The translations under genes were made by a program, and so were the position numbers. A DNA stretch of 64,000 nt. Source: an uncultured delta proteobacterium. Lineage in GTDB: Bacteria > Myxococcota_A > Polyangia > Polyangiales > Polyangiaceae. The notes beneath the pieces are model-generated. The model was given only the letters and a program-made list of their open reading frames with translations, did not search any database and had not been told where the DNA came from. Each line of letters starts with the position of its first letter. Position 1 is the first letter of the stretch. The stretch spans positions 1,248,001-1,312,000 of the forward strand of contig CAVOKF010000007.1 of NCBI GenBank assembly GCA_963696385.1, read 5' to 3'. Below, in pieces: positions 29,511 through 40,076 of this stretch.

Positions 29511-32090
29511 TCACTGGGGATCCACCTTGCCTACGACGCGCACTTCGCGGATGCGTGCCGGGAGTTTCGCCGGCAAGTCGGTAAACACGATCCGCACGAA
29601 ACGACCGCGGGTTCCGGGCGCGAAGGAATCGTTGCGCGTCGGACTGGCGTCGAGCGTTTGCGATTCATCCACGGCCACATGCCAATGGTCACGGTCGTCG
29701 GAGGTCTCGATCTTGTAGCGGTAGTTTCCCGCGGAAGGGAACGTGACAAGGGCCCGTTCGATGACACACTGGCGCTCCAGATCCATTTCCCACCAAGCGC
29801 CCGCCGCGTCGCTCGGCGCAGACCAGAACGTATCGTCGTTGCCGTCGTTGGCCAGCCGTGCCGGATGATCCGGCGCTTCACCGGAAGCGCGCGAGGGTGC
29901 ATCTCTCCCGAGCGTCGGCTCGGCGGTGGCCGGTCCCGCGGTTGAGAAGCGTACATAGGGCCGTGGCGAGACGGCTGGCGTCCGGCCGGGAACGAAGGGT
30001 GGCGAGCCCTCGGTCACAAGGGTCAGCGTAGCGTCCTCGAGACCCGAAGAGTGGGCGCGGATGACGGTCGTGCCGGCGTAATAGGATCGGAATTCGATGG
30101 CCGCCTGGCCATCCCGGATGGCAATGTCGCTGTCGGGACCGAAGGTAATGGACAACCCGGTCGGAAATTGTCCCGGGCCGGAGTCGACGGTCAACGTGAT
30201 GGCCGGCGAGTTGCTGATCGGTCGGCCGTTCGCGTCCACAACCGTGACCACGACCTGCGCGTCCTCAAGCGCATCGGTGCCGTGAATGACGGTTCGGTCC
30301 GCCGTCAGTTGCAATGCGGCCGGCGCTCCCGGAGCCGGCCACGCAGGCGGCGGGATACGACGGTATTCGTTGCGATACCAATACCACTGACGTTTGGGAA
30401 GCCGGAAGTAATCCACCATCCCCATGCTGCCGAAATGCCCGGCAATGCTGCCGTGATCGAAGGCGCACCACAGGGCCTGTCCGGACCGCCACGAGAACGG
30501 CTCCGTTTGCAAATCACCCCAGCCAGGTTCGTAATGGCCCGGACGGTCGCCAACGGTGGACCCATACTCGCTCACGATACTGGGAATTCCGGGATTCAAA
30601 AACAGGCGCGCGCCGTCGCCGTTGTATCCAGCCACGTCGCCGAGCTTGTCCAATTCTCCGCGTTGAACGCCGCCGATGGCGACCGGGCGTGTCGGGTCCC
30701 ACTGATGAGCCAGGTCAACCAGCTCCTTCAGAAACTGGCGCACCCTGGGCATCGTGGCGGGTGCGGTAAAAAAGACCTCGTTGCCCAGACTCCACACGAC
30801 GATGCTCGGATGATTGCGATGGATGCGGATCTCGTCGCGTAAGCTGGCCCGCACGCTTGCCTCGAAACCCGCCTGATATTGCGGCTCGGGTGGATAGGCG
30901 CTGGCATCCCAGGGGGCTTTGAAAGTCGCCGTACCCCAAAAACAATTCTCGGACCAGAGCAACAACCCCTGGCGATCGCATGCCTCCGAGAAGGCCGGAG
31001 CATGCGGGTAGTGCGATCCGCGAACAAAATCGAACCCGGCATCTTTGATCAGTCGGATGTCGCGTTCGAGACCGCCGTCCGTCACCGCGTCGCCCCAGCC
31101 GGCATGATCTTGATGCGCATTCACCCCCTTGAAGTACAGGTGGCTGCCATTCAGAAAAAACCCTTGATCCGCAGTCCATTGGAACCAGCGAAAGCCGAAC
31201 GGGGTGCGATAGGTATCTACCAGCCCCTTTTCGTCGTAAAGTCGTGTCGCCACAGAATACAAATTCGGACGGTCCGGAGACCAGAGGTTGGGACGGGTGA
31301 CCTCCGGAGCGTCCTGATCGAAGGTCACCAAAGCACCCGGCGCGATGGATTGCGATGTCTTCACCGTCGACACGATCCGATCGTGGCCGTCCACCACATC
31401 GGATTCCAACGTGCATTCCTTGGCTTCAGTCGTATCGTTTCGGATTTCGGTTTTTACGTGCACCGAACCGGTCTCCGCCGAAACCTTGGGCGTCGTGACA
31501 AATGTCCCATACCAGGTCACGTGCAACGGCTCGGTGATCACCAAACGCACGTTGCGATAAATCCCCCCTGAAAAAACGTGTTCTCCAGCACGGGGCGCGA
31601 GTTCAGGATTCCACGAATTGTTGACCCGTACGGCGATCAGGTTGTCGCCCGAATGAACAGACTCGGTGATATCGAACGAGAAGCCGGTGTACCCCCCCTG
31701 GTGCACCCCGACCTTCCGGCCGTTCACGAAGGCCTCGGCAACCTGGAACACCCCGTCGAATTCGAGAAATATTCGCTTCCGTTGCCATTCTTGCGGAATC
31801 GTCAGATGCCGGCGGTACCAACCGTAGCCCGTGTAAAATTCGGAAGATAAGAAGTAAGGCTCGCTGAAGGAGTGGGGAAGTCCGATCCGGCTCCATGAAT
31901 CGTCCGGGAAACCGGGGTTTTCGGCACCCACGAAATCGCCCAACGCGAATTTCCACTCCCGGTTCAGACTCGACTCCTGCCTGGGTGACGGGTCCGGAAG
32001 CATTTCGTCGGTTTTACCAGGGGTCACGCCGAGCAAGAGGAGCAACCATAGGCGATGGCACGTCGCCAGGCGGAGTGGGCGAAGGTTCAT
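29511..32090 (-). CDS. Secreted glycoside hydrolase family 2 (beta-galactosidase-like) with C-terminal discoidin/CBM32 domain
   Basis: GWYRR, FDGV, GGYTGF, GGIYR, FGFR, GVNAHQD, RGSHYP, RNHPSIVVWSLGNE, SEYG; C-terminal ANDGNDDTFW...WWEMDL...RFVRI. Confidence 0.9.
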   Translation of the reverse strand: MNLRPLRLATCHRLWLLLLLGVTPGKTDEMLPDPSPRQESSLNREWKFALGDFVGAENPGFPDDSWSRIGLPHSFSEPYFLSSEFYTGYGWYRRHLTIPQEWQRKRIFLEFDGVFQVAEAFVNGRKVGVHQGGYTGFSFDITESVHSGDNLIAVRVNNSWNPELAPRAGEHVFSGGIYRNVRLVITEPLHVTWYGTFVTTPKVSAETGSVHVKTEIRNDTTEAKECTLESDVVDGHDRIVSTVKTSQSIAPGALVTFDQDAPEVTRPNLWSPDRPNLYSVATRLYDEKGLVDTYRTPFGFRWFQWTADQGFFLNGSHLYFKGVNAHQDHAGWGDAVTDGGLERDIRLIKDAGFDFVRGSHYPHAPAFSEACDRQGLLLWSENCFWGTATFKAPWDASAYPPEPQYQAGFEASVRASLRDEIRIHRNHPSIVVWSLGNEVFFTAPATMPRVRQFLKELVDLAHQWDPTRPVAIGGVQRGELDKLGDVAGYNGDGARLFLNPGIPSIVSEYGSTVGDRPGHYEPGWGDLQTEPFSWRSGQALWCAFDHGSIAGHFGSMGMVDYFRLPKRQWYWYRNEYRRIPPPAWPAPGAPAALQLTADRTVIHGTDALEDAQVVVTVVDANGRPISNSPAITLTVDSGPGQFPTGLSITFGPDSDIAIRDGQAAIEFRSYYAGTTVIRAHSSGLEDATLTLVTEGSPPFVPGRTPAVSPRPYVRFSTAGPATAEPTLGRDAPSRASGEAPDHPARLANDGNDDTFWSAPSDAAGAWWEMDLERQCVIERALVTFPSAGNYRYKIETSDDRDHWHVAVDESQTLDASPTRNDSFAPGTRGRFVRIVFTDLPAKLPARIREVRVVGKVDPQ

Positions 32091-32317
32091 GGGGGGCTCG
32101 TGCCGCTCCAGGTTGCCATGCCCGGTCGTGTCGGAATAGGCACGGGCGCCCCGTCGTCAGGCGTGCGCAGTGGCGCGGGATGGACCACGGCCGCGCGGTT
32201 CCAGGTTCGATCGCCGATCGCGACGCCCCTTTGGGCAAGGCCGCCGCTTGTCGACGGGCCGCCATGTTCGAGGCACGAGGGCGGTTCGGCCGACCGAGGG
32301 TCGGCTGCGCTCCCGCG

Positions 32318-32749
32318 CTAACGCGTCGACTTCCCCGGTTCGAGCGCCGCCATGCCGGCGGCCGCTACGGCGGACTCTCGCGCCGCGCTCCGATGCGGAT
32401 CCGAGGGCCAGCCGATGATCACCAAAAAGACGTCGAGCACGAACAGCGCGATCGCCGCGTCATTGAAAAGCGTCGCGGTCGCTCGGTCGGCCGAAATCTG
32501 GTTGGCCGCCCAGAAGAGAAAGGCCAAGGACACGATGAGCGCCTTGCCCCAATCCGTGGGCCGTGCTCGGCGAATCCCCTGGAGCAGCATGTAGGCGAAA
32601 GCGACGAGCACCAGCGGCAGCGCAGCAAGGATATCGTGAACGCGGGCGGACAAGAGCTGCGGCGAAGCGTCGCCAATCAACAGGACGGCGACGCTCAGAA
32701 GCGTCAAGACCCCGACGCCCGCGGGGAGCGCACGCAGAGCGGCAGACAT
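32318..32749 (-). CDS. Small 4-TM membrane protein of unknown function
   Basis: Four hydrophobic segments; AFLFWAANQ and NDAAIALFVLDV look like conserved motifs. Confidence 0.6.
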   Translation of the reverse strand: MSAALRALPAGVGVLTLLSVAVLLIGDASPQLLSARVHDILAALPLVLVAFAYMLLQGIRRARPTDWGKALIVSLAFLFWAANQISADRATATLFNDAAIALFVLDVFLVIIGWPSDPHRSAARESAVAAAGMAALEPGKSTR

Positions 32750-32885
32750 GGCGCGACCCTAGCGCGGCCGTTTGGATGCATCCACGCTACGGTCCCCTCG
32801 GCGGCCCGCCCAGGGGAGGGCTGCGGCATCGACGCCTTGTGACTGATCTTCGCGGCGTCGCGGTACTTACCGGGCGGTCGGGACC

Positions 32886-33728
32886 ATGCGATCGCAGCAA
32901 GACGACCTCACCCGGTACGCCGGGCTTCGGCACCGTGTGCTGGCCCCCGAACAGGAGCGGGCCGCATGCGTCGCGCTCGCCGCGGCGCGGGCCAGCGGCG
33001 ATTCACGCGAGGTCAAACGGCTCGTCGATCACATCGTTCGCCACAACATGCGCATGGTCGTCAGCATCGCGCATCGCTACGCGGGTCGAGGGATCGACCT
33101 CGAGGAACTGGTGCAGCTCGGGGCGATGGGCATGAGTCGAGGGCTCGAGACGTTCGACGTCGCGCGCGGTTTGCGGCTGTCCACGTATTGCGCACACTGG
33201 GTGGCCCAGCACATCCGTCGCGCCGTGCACAACGAGGGCGCGACCATCCGTCGACCCGTGCACGTCCGCGAGATGGGCGGCAAGATCCGACGCGCGAGCG
33301 ATCGCGTTCAGGCTGCTACGGGGCGTGAGGCGACGGTCGAAGAGCTCTCGACGATGACCGGGGCCGCGCCTGCCGCCGTTCGCCGCGCACTCGCTTCCCG
33401 GGCCGTCGCGTTTACGCCGAGCTTGGATGCGACGGTCCGCGAAGATGGCCAGACGTTTCTCGACATCACCCCGGGCGAAGTGCCGGATCCCGAAGCGGCG
33501 CTCATCAGCCGGGAGCGGGCCGAGCAAGCGCGCGAGCTGCTCGAAACCCTCGACGCGCGGGAGGCCGATGTCCTTCGGGACCGCTTTGGCGACGATTCGT
33601 TGAGGCTCGTCGATATCGGCCGCAAACTGAATGTGTCGAGGGAGCGTGCCCGACAGATCCAAGCCGAGGCACTCGATACGCTCCGTCAGCGCATGAAGTG
33701 GAAGGCGGCGCGGGAGCGGCGCGCGTAG
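32886..33728 (+). CDS. Sigma-70 family factor (RpoD/RpoS-like regions 1.2-4, no region 1.1)
   Basis: HNMRMVVSIAHRY, DLEELVQLG, FDVARGLRLSTY, TIRRPVH, SLD, VSRERARQIQAEAL. Confidence 0.88.
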   Translation: MRSQQDDLTRYAGLRHRVLAPEQERAACVALAAARASGDSREVKRLVDHIVRHNMRMVVSIAHRYAGRGIDLEELVQLGAMGMSRGLETFDVARGLRLSTYCAHWVAQHIRRAVHNEGATIRRPVHVREMGGKIRRASDRVQAATGREATVEELSTMTGAAPAAVRRALASRAVAFTPSLDATVREDGQTFLDITPGEVPDPEAALISRERAEQARELLETLDAREADVLRDRFGDDSLRLVDIGRKLNVSRERARQIQAEALDTLRQRMKWKAARERRA

Positions 33729-33815
33729 CTTTCGCCCGTCGGATGGGTCGTCTGTTCGCAGGGGCATCTCAAATCGCTGCGTTCGGCCATCGCGCCTGCG
33801 ATACATTCGTGCGCC

Positions 33816-35351
33816 ATGAGCGAGGCATGGGCTCCCGGCGGTCCCGACCTGGAGTGCGGCGTCCCTGCGGCCGGTCTCCGTGAGCGGGAGCCGCTTCTCG
33901 GTCAAGTGCGCGGCGAAGCCGTGATGCTTCTGCGCGACCGCGGCAAGGTGTACGCGACGAGTGCCACGTGCACGCACTACGGAGGGCCCCTGGCGGAAGG
34001 GCTCTTCTCGGGTGGGACGGTGCGCTGTCCGTGGCACCACGCATGCTTCGATCTTACGACGGGCGAGTCGTTGGGCGGGCCGGCGCTCTCGCCGATCGCG
34101 TGCTTCGACGTCATCGAGACTGGAGCGCTGGTGAAGGTCGGCGCGAAGCAGCACGCGCCCGCACGCGTGATGGTGGCGCCAGGGCCGTCGTCGGTCGTGA
34201 TCGTCGGCGCTGGGCCGGCAGGAACGGCGTGCGCGCAAACGCTTCGTTGCGAAGGATACCTGGGGCCTATCGCGCTCCTGGGCGCGGAGCTCCCCGGACC
34301 GGTCGATCGACCGAACCTGTCGAAAGACTACCTCGCCGGGAGTGCGCCGGAAGAGTGGATTCCTCTCCGCACGCCGGAGGCATTGCGCGAGCATCGGATC
34401 GATCTCGTCGTGAACGATCCGGTCTGCCGAATCGTGCCTGGCTTGCGAAGCGTGACGCTGACGAGCGGCCGATCGATGAACTGGGGGGCGCTCGTGATTG
34501 CGACCGGCGCGGAGCCGATCGTCCTGCCGATCGACGGGGCGACGCTGCCGCACGTGCACACGCTGCGTACCCTCGCCGACGCCCGCGCGATCGTCGCCCA
34601 AAGCGCGAACGGTAAGCGCGCCGTCGTCCTTGGTGCGAGCTTCATCGGGCTCGAAGCGGCCGCGTCGCTTCGCAAGCGTGGGCTCGACGTGACGGTCGTC
34701 GGTCCGGAGGCGATCCCGCTCGCGCGCATCCTCGGCGAGGAGGTTGGGCGCTTCGTCCGGAGCGTTCATGAAGACAACGGCGTCGAGTTCAAGTTGGGGC
34801 TCAAGCCGGTGCGCATTACGGCGTCGCAGGTCGAGCTTTCCGATGGCTCGTCGCTCTCCGCCGATCTGGTCGTCATCGGCGTCGGCGTCCGCCCGCGTAC
34901 GGATCTTGCGGAAGAAGCGGGGCTGCGCGTCGACAACGGCATCGTCGTCGACGAGAGCCTTCGTGCAGCGTCCGACGTGTACGCGGTGGGCGACGTCGCG
35001 CGTTATCCCTACGACGAAGAGCTGGTTCGCATCGAGCACTTCGCCGTCGCCGAGCGACACGGCCAAGCCGTTGCGCGAACCATCGCGGGGCGCGCGCAGC
35101 CGTACCGCGAAGTCCCTTTCTTCTGGAGCCAACACCACGACGTGACGCTCTCGTACGTCGGACACGCGCGGTCGTTCGACGCGCCCGAGGTACACGGCAG
35201 CCTGCAGCAGCGCGACGCGATCGTCGCGTATCGACTCGCCGGGCGCGTGCGCGCGGTGCTCACCGTGGGACGCGATCGGGCGAGTCTGGGCGCCGAGCAC
35301 GCGCTGCAGATGGGCGACGCAAAGGCGATCGATGCGCTGCTGCGCGCGTAA
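33816..35351 (+). CDS. Rieske [2Fe-2S] plus FAD-dependent oxidoreductase (AIF3-like)
   Basis: CTHYGGPL...CPWHHACF; GAGPAG; DRPNLSKDY; ATGA; GASFIGLE; VGDVA; VPFFWS. Confidence 0.92.
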   Translation: MSEAWAPGGPDLECGVPAAGLREREPLLGQVRGEAVMLLRDRGKVYATSATCTHYGGPLAEGLFSGGTVRCPWHHACFDLTTGESLGGPALSPIACFDVIETGALVKVGAKQHAPARVMVAPGPSSVVIVGAGPAGTACAQTLRCEGYLGPIALLGAELPGPVDRPNLSKDYLAGSAPEEWIPLRTPEALREHRIDLVVNDPVCRIVPGLRSVTLTSGRSMNWGALVIATGAEPIVLPIDGATLPHVHTLRTLADARAIVAQSANGKRAVVLGASFIGLEAAASLRKRGLDVTVVGPEAIPLARILGEEVGRFVRSVHEDNGVEFKLGLKPVRITASQVELSDGSSLSADLVVIGVGVRPRTDLAEEAGLRVDNGIVVDESLRAASDVYAVGDVARYPYDEELVRIEHFAVAERHGQAVARTIAGRAQPYREVPFFWSQHHDVTLSYVGHARSFDAPEVHGSLQQRDAIVAYRLAGRVRAVLTVGRDRASLGAEHALQMGDAKAIDALLRA

Positions 35352-35436
35352 TCCCTTCCCGAGCCTCGCGCACGACCCTGCCGACGGCTTATAGGCGCGT
35401 GCGCGAGGCGGGGCGCCTGCGCGACGGAGGGCGGGT

Positions 35437-36117
35437 TCATTCTCTTTCCGCGAGTCCGTGCCGGACGTCTTGCCCTCGGACCATGAAGATGACTTCCTCG
35501 GCCACGTTGGTGGCATGATCGGCGATCCGTTCGAGGTCGTTGGCCGCCCACATCACACGCAGGCCGGCAGGCACGTCGGCGGAGTGCGAGGCAACGTAGT
35601 CGGTCATCCTCGCGATCACGGTCGCGCAGTGTTGGTCGACCACCTTGTCGTGCTGCCGCACGCTTTCGGCCCGGTCCGGATCCCGCTCCACGAACGCAAC
35701 CAAAGCGACCTGGAGCATCTCTTGGGCTTGGTGGTCCATGGCGAACAGTTCATCGCTCACGATGGACTTGGCATGGTCCGGCTCGTCCACGGCAAGTGCG
35801 GCGAGGTTGACGGCTTCATCGCCAATGCGCTCGAGGTCGGTGACGAGCCTGAGCGCTGCGGCCAAGAACCGTAGGTCCGCGGCTACAGGTTGACGCAGCG
35901 CAATGATCCGCAGGGCCAACGCGTGCAGGTCGATCTCGTCTTGATCGAGCTGCGCCTCGATTTTCGGCACGTCCGCCGCAAGCGAGGGCTTGCCCTGCCA
36001 GAAGGCGTCGAAGGCGATTCGCACGATTCGCTTGGAATGCTCCCCCATCGCAAGCGCCTGCCCCTGCAGTTCGCGAAGTTCGCTCTCGAAGTTGCGGCTC
36101 GTATGGACCTCTGCCAT
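35437..36117 (-). CDS. phoU: Phosphate signalling protein PhoU
   Basis: HTSRNFESEL, RQPVAADLR, DLERIGD, LERIADHATNVAE..IFMVRGQDVRH. Confidence 0.92.
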   Translation of the reverse strand: MAEVHTSRNFESELRELQGQALAMGEHSKRIVRIAFDAFWQGKPSLAADVPKIEAQLDQDEIDLHALALRIIALRQPVAADLRFLAAALRLVTDLERIGDEAVNLAALAVDEPDHAKSIVSDELFAMDHQAQEMLQVALVAFVERDPDRAESVRQHDKVVDQHCATVIARMTDYVASHSADVPAGLRVMWAANDLERIADHATNVAEEVIFMVRGQDVRHGLAERE

Positions 36118-36243
36118 CGGTTTCGTCGTCCTCTCGCGACAACTTCGGAGTCACCCGCGGCACAAGCCGCGATCCATGCCAGCTCGACGGTGGCGCCGCA
36201 TGGCCGCGCCACTTGCCCAAGCCACGTGCCCGAGAGCCATCGC

Positions 36244-36303
36244 GCGTATCTCCAAAAGCCGCTTACTCCGGCTTCTTTGACCCGCAAAGTGCGCGAGGTT
36301 TTC
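36244..36303 (+). pseudogene. Relic C-terminus of a response-regulator receiver domain
   Basis: AYLQKPLTPASLTRKVREVF fits the beta5-KP-alpha5 end of a receiver domain; the rest is absent. Confidence 0.45.
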
Positions 36304-36386
36304 TTCATGGGTCCAACCGCCCATGAGCGCGGCGCACCCGAGCGGGTACCTGCGCCTTCCGGCACCCGTACCCGCTCACGCGCGCT

Positions 36387-36884
36387 TTAGGACTTTTTGG
36401 CCGACGATTGAATGGCGACTTTCTTCGGCTGCGCTTCGGGCGTCTTCTTGATGGAGACTGTGAGAACGCCCTCTTTCAGCTCGGCGTGCACGCTGCTCAT
36501 GTCGACGCCATCGGGCAGGGTAAACGAGCGGGTGAACTCACCGTACGAACGTTCGGAGGTGTAATAGGTATCCGTTTGTTCCTGCTTCTCGGATTCCCGT
36601 TTGCCCGAAACCGTCAAACGGCTGCCTGTGACGGAGACCTCGAGATCCGACTCCTTGACCCCGGGAACGTCGGCCTTGAACGAATACGCGTCCTTGGTCT
36701 CTTTGACCTCGAAAGACGGCAAAAACGTGAGTGGACCTTGCGCGATGAACGGCGTCATCTCGCGGAAAGGGTCCCATCCCATGAGATCGCGCATCACTCG
36801 CGACAGCTCCGATCGAGGTTCCCATGCGGGCGCGATCGACGCGGGACGATTGCCGTTATCCTTGCGAACTGCGATGTCAGCCAT
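36387..36884 (-). CDS. Hsp20/alpha-crystallin small heat shock protein
   Basis: WDPFREM, FEVKET, ADVPGV, ERSYGEFTRSFTLP, GVLTV; GGAGGAG SD before ATG 36884. Confidence 0.93.
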   Translation of the reverse strand: MADIAVRKDNGNRPASIAPAWEPRSELSRVMRDLMGWDPFREMTPFIAQGPLTFLPSFEVKETKDAYSFKADVPGVKESDLEVSVTGSRLTVSGKRESEKQEQTDTYYTSERSYGEFTRSFTLPDGVDMSSVHAELKEGVLTVSIKKTPEAQPKKVAIQSSAKKS

Positions 36885-37206
36885 GTTGGTTTCTCCTCCA
36901 ATGGGGTTTCCCGAACGGGCTCGGCCTGTCGCTCTCGCGGCCGCCCTGCCCCTCCGTGCGACGCCCCGAGCGAAGGGCTCGTGGCGGGCGCGTTCGGTCC
37001 TTGAGCACGAAGCGGTCCATGCGCCGAGCCTTGCCTGCCGCGTCCGTCTTCCGCCTGATCCAGCGTATCGCCGGCCGCAAGGATTGCTCTCGAGCGCAGA
37101 ACGCGCGCCCGCGCTCGGGCGATCGCGAGAGGGTCGGCCCATGCGCTCGGAGCCTTCTCACTCGGGGGATCGCCGTCGGTGCCGACCCGGGCCATCGACC
37201 GCGAGT

Positions 37207-39057
37207 TCACTCCACAGGCGCGCGTTCGCCGCTTTGCACCTGCTCTTGCAATCTTCCGTACAGAGACTCGAGCAGGGGACGATACTTGTCGATCGCGACG
37301 CGGCGTTTGAGTTTCAAGGTCGGCGTGATCAGGCCGCTTTCCGTCGTGAAATCATCGGTGACGAGCGCAAACGCCGCGATGCGCTCGAAGTGTCTGAACC
37401 CCGCACTGCGTTCTTCGAGCTCGTCGCGGATGAGCGCGCGAACACGACCATCCGTGGCTGCGTCCCGCACCTCGAAGCCTTGCTTTCGCGCCCAAGCCCC
37501 CAGTCGACCCATGTCGAGTGCGATGATGGCGACGCAGTGCGGCCGGTCGTCGCCGTAGATGAACGCGCTCGCGATGTAAGGCGACGATTTCAGCGCTTCC
37601 TCGAGCGGTCCGGGCATGACGTACTTGCCGTTGTCGAGCTTGAATTGGTCTTTGATGCGGCCCGTGACGTAGAGGAACCCATCGTCGTCCATGTAGCCCA
37701 GATCGCCCGTCCTAAGGCCGCCGTCGGCAAGCAAGACCGCTTCGGTCTCCTGCGGACGGCGGTAGTACCCTTGCATGACGTTCGGTCCGTACACCACGAT
37801 TTGCCCTTCGCCCCGAGTTCCAGACGGCGATTCGATGACCACGCGCGATCCGGGAATGACGATTCCGACGCTGCCAAGCCTGCGGTGTTGAGGACAATTG
37901 GCGGACACGATGGGGCTCGTCTCCGTCAGGCCATATCCCTCGTAAACCCTCAAACCGATCGCCTCCATGAATTGCGCGACCTCGTGTCCCAGCGCCGCGC
38001 TGCCGCAAATGGCGAATTTGATTCGTCCCCCGAGCCGCTGGCGCACCTTGGAGAACACGAGGCGATCGACGATCCCGTGCACGAGGCGGCGAGCGATCCC
38101 CATGGGCGCGCCGCCATCGTGCACGGGCGCGCTTCGGATGGCCGTCCGCAGGATCGCCTGGACCAGGCTCGGCTGCCTTTGGATTTGCTCGCGCACCGCG
38201 CAGTAGATCCGCGTAAATACCCGCGGGACCGCGACCAGGATCGTCGGCTGGATGGCAGCCGCGTCCTCGGCGAGGCAAGCAATGTCGCGGTTGAGCGCCA
38301 TGGCGCAGCCCATGCTCATGAACGTGTGCAGTTCGATCTGCCCGAAGGCGTGCGCCCAGGGCAAAAAGGACAGCGATCGGTCTTCCGGCTCGAACACGAA
38401 AATCTGGTGCAAGGCGTTCACGTTCGATACGACGTTGCCATGAGTCAGGAGGACGCCTTTGGGTAGACCGGTCGTGCCCGAGGTGTAGATGAGATTGGCC
38501 GTCACTCGCTCGTCGACGGGCGCCGGCGATGGCGGCGCGGTCGCGCGGGTCCGATCCAGCAGGGCCGCGTACGAAGTCGGATCGGTGCGCGCTCCTTCGA
38601 AGACAATCACGTGGCGGAGCGCCGGCAGGTTCGCCCGGACGGCTGCCAGGCGACCGGCGATCGCCTCGTTTGCGGCAAACACGACCGTGGCCCCGCTCTC
38701 GGAGAGGATGAACTGCCTCTCGCTCTCGAGTTGTGCCTCGTACATCGGGACGAGCGTGGCCCCGAGAGCCCAGGTGGCATGCGCACAAACGGCCCAGGGT
38801 ACGCAGTTATTGGATAGGATGGCGACCTTGTCGCCACCGGTCACCCCGAGATCGGAGAGGCCCGCCCGACAGCGCACGACGAGCTCGTGGAAGCCGGCGT
38901 AGGTGGTCCACGACCATCCGTCGGGTCCCTTCGTTCCGAAGAGGGGGCGCGTCGCGAACTTCTCGCAACTTCAATCGCAGAGATCGACGAGGCTTTCGAA
39001 CCGGCTTGGCCCCGAACGATGCGATCCCGGGACCGCTTTCGCGGGCGGGGCGCTCAC
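37207..39057 (-). pseudogene. Long-chain fatty acid-CoA ligase with in-frame TGA at codon 29 (38971-38973)
   Basis: YTSGTTGLPKG, FLPWAH, EGYGLTET, RTGDLG, GRIKD, TPTLKLKR. The frame extends to a GTGA-coupled start at 39057: ...RFESLVDLCD*SCEKFATRPLFGTK. Confidence 0.82.
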
Positions 39058-40076
39058 GGTCGTCTCCACATCGAAGTCACGTCCGGTCCGGCCGTGAGCG
39101 CCATGAGTGCCTCGAGACTCTTCTGCGGCGAAGCTCCCTCGTACAGCACGCGGTACACCTGATCGAGGACCGGAGTCTCAATACCGTGGGTTGACGCGAG
39201 CTCGTGTGCCGAGACCGAGGCAGGCACGCCTTCGGCCACCATTCCCAATCGTGCCAGGATGTCAGGGAGCTCTTCGCCACGCGCCAACGCACGTCCGACC
39301 CGGTTATTTCTCGAGTCGGAGCTCGAGCAGGTCACCACGAGATCCCCGATTCCGGCCAGACCCGTGAACGTGGCGGGGCGCGCTCCGAGAGCCCCGCCGA
39401 GGCGCACCATCTCGGTGAAACCCCGGGCCATGAGCAGCGCCTTGGCATTCTCTCCAAGATGCATTTCGATCGCCATGCCCGCGGCAATGGCCACGATGTT
39501 CTTGAAAGCCGACGCGACCTCCACGCCGATCACGTCATCGCCCGAGAAGACCATCAAGCGGGGGCTCGACAGCGCTCGACGACCCACCTCGACGAGACGG
39601 GGAAAGCGGGAAGCGAGGACGGTGCCCGACGGCTTGCCGGCAGCGATTTCCCTTGCGATGTTCGGCCCCGCAAGGACTCCGATCTGACGTACGCAGGTTT
39701 CCTCCAAGAGGATCTCGGTCATTCGGCAGTGCGAACCCTGTTCGAGTCCTTTGGTGGCGTGGACGACCAGTTGGTCAGGCAAAAGAAAGTCGCCCGCGGC
39801 ACGACATACCGAACGGAATGCTTGCGAGGGCACGACGAACACGATGAGATCGGCTCCCGTCAGGGCGTCCTTCAGCTCGGTGACGGCGCGGATTCGGGGT
39901 GAAAGGATCAGGTCGGATACCGCGCGAGCGTTGGTGTGCGCTTCGTTGATCTCGTCGCGCCGCCGCGCGTCGCGAGTCCAGAGCACGACGCCGTGACCGT
40001 TCGATGCCATCAAGTGCGCGAGCGTCGTCCCCCAATTGCCGGCGCCGAGTACGGCTATGCCCCGCGGGCCGCTCAT
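39054..40076 (-). CDS. gpsA: NAD(P)H-dependent glycerol-3-phosphate dehydrogenase
   Basis: GAGNWGT, VPSQ, TKGLE, GPNIAREI, KNIVAIAAG, GLAGIGDL..TC..SRN, AEG; ATGA coupling. Confidence 0.93.
   Translation of the reverse strand: MSGPRGIAVLGAGNWGTTLAHLMASNGHGVVLWTRDARRRDEINEAHTNARAVSDLILSPRIRAVTELKDALTGADLIVFVVPSQAFRSVCRAAGDFLLPDQLVVHATKGLEQGSHCRMTEILLEETCVRQIGVLAGPNIAREIAAGKPSGTVLASRFPRLVEVGRRALSSPRLMVFSGDDVIGVEVASAFKNIVAIAAGMAIEMHLGENAKALLMARGFTEMVRLGGALGARPATFTGLAGIGDLVVTCSSSDSRNNRVGRALARGEELPDILARLGMVAEGVPASVSAHELASTHGIETPVLDQVYRVLYEGASPQKSLEALMALTAGPDVTSMWRRP

Noticed and set aside
33003..35516. Long antisense ORFs (also 14790..16904, 19625..21862, 36601..38466)
   Set aside because: Shadow frames typical of high-GC DNA, opposite genes with clear motifs.
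38971..38973. Selenocysteine recoding
   Set aside because: Non-catalytic position in a family not known as selenoproteins, and no evident SECIS hairpin.
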